From Octopus vulgaris (taxonomy: Eukaryota): a stretch of 64,000 nucleotides of DNA. Where the stretch lies: the NCBI GenBank assembly GCA_951406725.2, contig OX597814.1, forward strand, positions 148,490,001 to 148,554,000, in the 5' to 3' direction. The position numbers and the translations under genes are program-made. Position 1 is the stretch's first letter; each line of letters begins with the position of its first letter. Under the pieces are notes generated by a model that saw only the letters and a program-made list of their open reading frames with translations, had not been told where the DNA came from and did no database searches. Below, one piece after another: positions 58,529-64,000 of the stretch.

Positions 58529-60157
58529 ATATATATTCAATTGTCACAGGTTTTAATCGAAAATACAAGTTTAATATGGTTTCTCGTTTAGAATACATTT
58601 ATTTAGTGAATATTTTTTAATCACAAATTTTTCTGAGACAACTTCGAGTTAAGAGAAATGTTTATTTCAGTTAATGAGTTGCTTTTAATTACATAGGATA
58701 GTTTCCCACTATCATTTCTATTCTGTAGTTCCAAATATTTTTATTTAGGAGTTGATTATGCTTTAAGTAATTGTATCCCTGTTAGTCTACAATTTTTCAA
58801 TGAACCACTGTACAGTTGTGCATCTATCAATTGCACCCAAATACTCAAATGATTTGCATTCTGTCTGTCCCTGCTTGCCGGTTGCTTAAGAAGACTTCAA
58901 GTTCGTGGAACCTAGGTGATATAATTTTTTTTTTTATTTCTCGTTACTTCGCCGATTTTGTAATTGTCTACTATCTCACTGTTGATTACTGGCAACATTT
59001 TTATGCTACTTTACTGAAGTAGTCACTCTGCTATATAATTTATGTATTGCTATTTCATATTTAAAATCCGTAATGTTATTTTCAATATTTCAGAACACAA
59101 TTTGCATCTTTCTTATCTGATAATTTAAATTTGTCTTTCATTTCGCTGGAATATTTTCTTATGTTGATTAATATCCCTCTGACGCTAAAGTCTAATATTT
59201 TCACTATGGGCGAATCATCAGATAAGATTTTTACCCTGTGTGCTGAAAAGACTTGTTGCTAAAATTTAATTTATTTTGTGTTAATATTTGCAACGCAATA
59301 TTAGTTAATTTTCTCTTTCCTTTCGAGAGCATTTTTTTACTATTTTGTTATATTTTTCTTCAAGTTATCTCTGTCTATATTTTAGAGTAAAAAAAAATGA
59401 TGTTGTCTGCTATTGTGCACTGTATGTTTATGGATATATTATTTCCAATTTATGCTGACATCATGCTATTTCCAGACAAGCACATACTGTATCTGTAATT
59501 AATTTTGAACTTTCCGCTTCTTGACATGATGTAATTTTTGTCTAGTTGTTTGCTCCTTTGAATATCGTTACCTTCAAGATGACAATTTTTTTAAACATCT
59601 ACCTGAACAGAATATGCATCCAAAAGGAAGATTTTACCTTCATGAAAACATTAATGCAACGTAAAACTGTTCAAGAATTCGTTTTACGATAAAAAAAAAA
59701 GAAAAAGAAACACAGAAAGAACCACAGCGACGGACAAATACTACTTTCAAATTCACCTAACTAATTAAAAATATTCTTTGATTGGATTTCAAGAAAGTAA
59801 AAATATTTCTGAAATGTCTTAACTAAATTATGTACGTTACCATCAACCAATTTGTTGTGCTTCAGTATTATTAACCTAATTATAAAATATTAACCAATGT
59901 ACCAATCTAATTCTTACATACACACAAACACACACACACAAACACACACACACACACACACACAACCCCGCACACAAACATGTATATATATATATATGCA
60001 TGCATACATATGTATGAATATCTCTCTCTCTATATATATATATATATATACATACATATGTATGCGTATATGTGTGTGTATGTATCTATTCATTGTGTAT
60101 GTATATATATTAACATGTATAAATATATATATATATATGTATATGTATACATATATG

Positions 60158-60269
<112 letters not shown>

Positions 60270-63200
60270 AAAGTCATATATATAGAGAGAAACACAGACA
60301 GGGTATCTGAATGTAATGTAGCGATCAAGAAAATGATAATTGTACAAGTCTCTTAGCTTTCCTTTTATTTTTCTACTATTTACACTTAATCACAAAACGA
60401 TTAATTAAAAGATATCACAGAACAATAACTGATTTTCCAGTTTCTTGATATATTATATAGTATACCAACACAGACACAAATATTTCAACACTAATTTCTA
60501 GAGTGCCAATAATCCGCAATAGAAAAGTAACAGATCTTGTAAAAAAACTACCCTTATTCTATTACTCAAATACCTCAGTCGCAATGATTTTGTGAAATAC
60601 TGCTAAATGTTAAATAACTTGCATTCTTTTGAAAGGTGAACATTTTAAATTCCATACGTATAGTTAATACAATTTTGACGGTAAACCACATTTATTTTAA
60701 TAACATAAAAATTTCCTCCACGGAAAAAATGAACTGGAGTAGGCAAGTCTTTGTTTTCATCTATAAGCTACATATTCCAACATCTGAGATATAGAAACAT
60801 TTTCTTTCTTTAAATCCATGAAGTAGAAAAGAAAACCATTCACGATAATCCTTCAGGTAAGAATCCTATTAGCTTTAGTTGACGCTACGATAGTACAATC
60901 TTTTTCGTACGGTTAATATTCACCCGAACATCTGTTTCCGATATGTGCTTGCTCGTATAGTGACATCATTCTTTATATATTTTGTCTATTATATTTGAAT
61001 TCGTATAAAGCAAAGTAAGTTATCTCTGAGGCTATTCTGTTTCCATTTGCTGATACAATTTTTGTAGTCGCTTAACAATTGAAAGACCGTAAGTATCCCT
61101 TACATTTTGGCTTTTTATAATTCTATTTTTCATTTCCATTTAGATCATCAATATATAACACTAGGCGGTATAACTTTTTCCTTAGTTATTTCTGAGCGTT
61201 CTGAAAAGCTTGACATTTATTCAAGAACTATAAACTTTCAGAAACGTCACATTGGTGCCTAAAAGCTGACATAACTCGGAGGTTTATTCGATAAACACTG
61301 TGTCACCGTTTGAATTTAAGGAAAGATGACACTGTTTTCTTATTTTTTCAACTCTTTTCACTTATTTGAGTAGTCCATGTAGGCTTGAGATATGTACAAT
61401 TTCTACGTTTCCAGTGATGACCAGAGCAACTGAAATGTCATAAATCTAATGAATACCGACGCATTTTCATATTAAATTTTCTATTGAAATAAAGCATGGC
61501 CATTATTTGTTCCCTATACGAGTAAATAATTATTTTTTATATGGGAACTAGGCTCAACATGATGAAGGAAATTGATGAGTAGAAATGCGTTCCTACACCA
61601 TTCAGTTTACATCTTATTCGAATCCAAATGAAATAAACTGAATTATTCATTGAATCTGAATTAAAGTTTCTGTTAAACGGAATCGTTTTCTACATGATCA
61701 ACCTTTTCCTATTTTTTTTTAACTACGCACAACAATTAATTTTTTTAATGATATGAATACAAGTTTGTTACGTATGTGTATATTTCTGAGATATTACGAT
61801 AGCATGCACGTGAAGTATGCTTCGATTATTTGATTTAAAATGTCACAGAAATATATTTGGTTACAATTAATCATTCCGTTTAAAAGTAGAAATATCCCTA
61901 GTGAAATTCTAGTAGCGAAATATTTAAAACTCTATTAGATGTCTCACAGAAATAATTAATAATGTACATCTCTGTAATTGAATCCAGATATTAAAAGTTG
62001 ATTTAGAATTTATTGATGAATTTGAAATATAGAAACTATAGCATTCCTTGTAATAATTTGTTTGTACGTCAGTGTGTTTCTATTTGATGTGTTCTCTATC
62101 ACTTTACCAACAGAGTTAGCTTCATCAAGCAACGTAGGATACATGATACTTAAAAAGAAAAGTCAAAAGCAGAGAAAAAGGGAACAACAGAAAAATAAAT
62201 TAGCTATATGCTATCATTCATTTGCAACTAATTTTGAATTATAGAATATCACTTCCATTAGCAAATTACGGAGAATGATAAAGAGCGTCGTAAAACTGAG
62301 CTGTTATTCTTGCTAAAGAATAAACAATATAATGACAGTTATGGAGAACAAAAAAAAAACATTACAATAATATTCTGATTTGAAAATTAGCAGCAGTCTA
62401 ACTTTTGCAGATTCTGTAAAATAAATACAGAAATATTTTACGTAAATCTTCTATACTCTGTATTATATATTTGCTTGTCAAAAGAGAATGGATTTCAACG
62501 AAACAGTATTCTATTATTAACGGCATACGTTAGCTAATTATGTCTCTGAACACTTCAACATTTATCACGTTTCATATATGTTTCGCTGTACTGGGATGTG
62601 CTTATGTGAGGATATAGGACTATTGTAAACAACGTCCCCTTAAACATTTCAATCCGTATTCTTAGTATACCGGAAATTTCAGAATTAACACTCTGCAGAA
62701 CTACTACGATGGTTTGACTGAGAAGAACCTTTTCAAGAAATAAGCCGAAGAGAAAATGATACATCAGTTAAAATAATGAATTTTCGTGCTTGCAATATTT
62801 AGTTTCATTACAAATATCTACTCAAAGATAAGTGCTATGTCGAATTAATTTTTTATTAATTCTAACCACGCTGCGAAGTTCATTAGAACCGGACACTTTT
62901 GAGAAAGGACTGCTAATGTATAGGATCTACACACCTGCAGATATTCAATAGGAATTATACCTCGGTCAAATAAATCCATAAGACCATTGAAAATTAAATG
63001 ATCAATATCAACTTTTGAATATGAAGACGAAATGGGAGGTGGTAATATTTTAGAAACAGATTTATAATATGCCACAAAGGTTTCCCTATCAAAGTGTAAT
63101 ACTGGAATCAGATTCAAGTCTTGTTACCTTAAACGCGAGTCTAAGTTTTTATATGTTTCTTCCCAGTTCTTTTCAATAAATATTTTCCTAATTGTAGAAT

Positions 63201-64000
63201 GTGAGTTATAAAGTGTATTAGCTGCCCATTGGCTAGGGCTGACAGGACTCCACAATTCAGAGCAAACGACTGCTTTACAAATGTTCCTTTAAATCATTAT
63301 CTCTCTAATTTAAAAAACGGATAGTACAAAGACCATCACACAAATGAGAATTTAGTTTTTTTTTATTTGTTGAATCTTATCTAAATGTTTAAATCACTAG
63401 ATCTCAACAATCTAAACCTTAAGGACTCATTTGATTCCGATTTTACCCTTCTGGACCTGAATAAGCATTTCATGTTTTATAAAGTATCATTATACTTTTG
63501 TAATATTATAAGGAAATAAGTAACACAATGGCTAGAATATTGGTGCATTGTAGAAGTACAGCCAATTTACTGCACGTAAACTTTAACAGCACACACATAC
63601 ACATGCACACACACATGCATATATATATATAGTGTCTGTGAGAGAGAGAGGGGGAGGGATGGACAGAGGGTGGAGAGAAGGAGAGACAGAGAGAGAGATA
63701 GAAAGAGAGAAAACAAAGACAGAGAGAGAAATATAGTTATGGCCGGTGACCTATAAACTATCTTCAAAATGGAGGGAGAATGCCACGTGGCTAGTTTTTG
63801 AATACATACACAGACATACAATAAAGGTCAAGTGCATGGGAATATGTCTGTCTTCAGCCACGATCTGGAACCTACCCAGTCAGCTTGTGGGTACCAGGAT
63901 TTCAATAGGAATCGCCTGATGTTAAACAGTGTCCGAAGACTGTTCTGTAATTTAAGATTTTCTCCCGGCTGAGGGATTTCTTTGACATCGTCACCCGGTC

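Noticed and set aside
62555-64000. Possible host exons or an element fragment near the window end
   Set aside because: No recognisable motifs or convincing splice-site pairs; needs BLASTX or RNA-seq.

Overview
AT-rich, microsatellite-dense animal DNA with no recognisable host gene. The repeat families suggest an Octopus/cephalopod genome (inference). Nearly all short ORFs in the track are translations of simple repeats. Supported content: (1) a near-intact RTE-clade LINE (about 33120-36705); (2) a 9.4 kb near-perfect palindrome (48113-57533) whose 3.7/3.9 kb inverted arms each end in a minimal type I hammerhead ribozyme and enclose a Penelope-like ORF that keeps the thumb and GIY-YIG endonuclease but has lost the RT catalytic core; (3) two smaller decayed elements with similar fold-back architecture and several more hammerhead motifs; (4) R4/Dong-like retrotransposon relics stacked in (TAA)n; (5) Tc1/mariner relics, a non-autonomous Helitron and several tRNA-derived SINE families. 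All alignments and folds were done by eye, so element boundaries are approximate.
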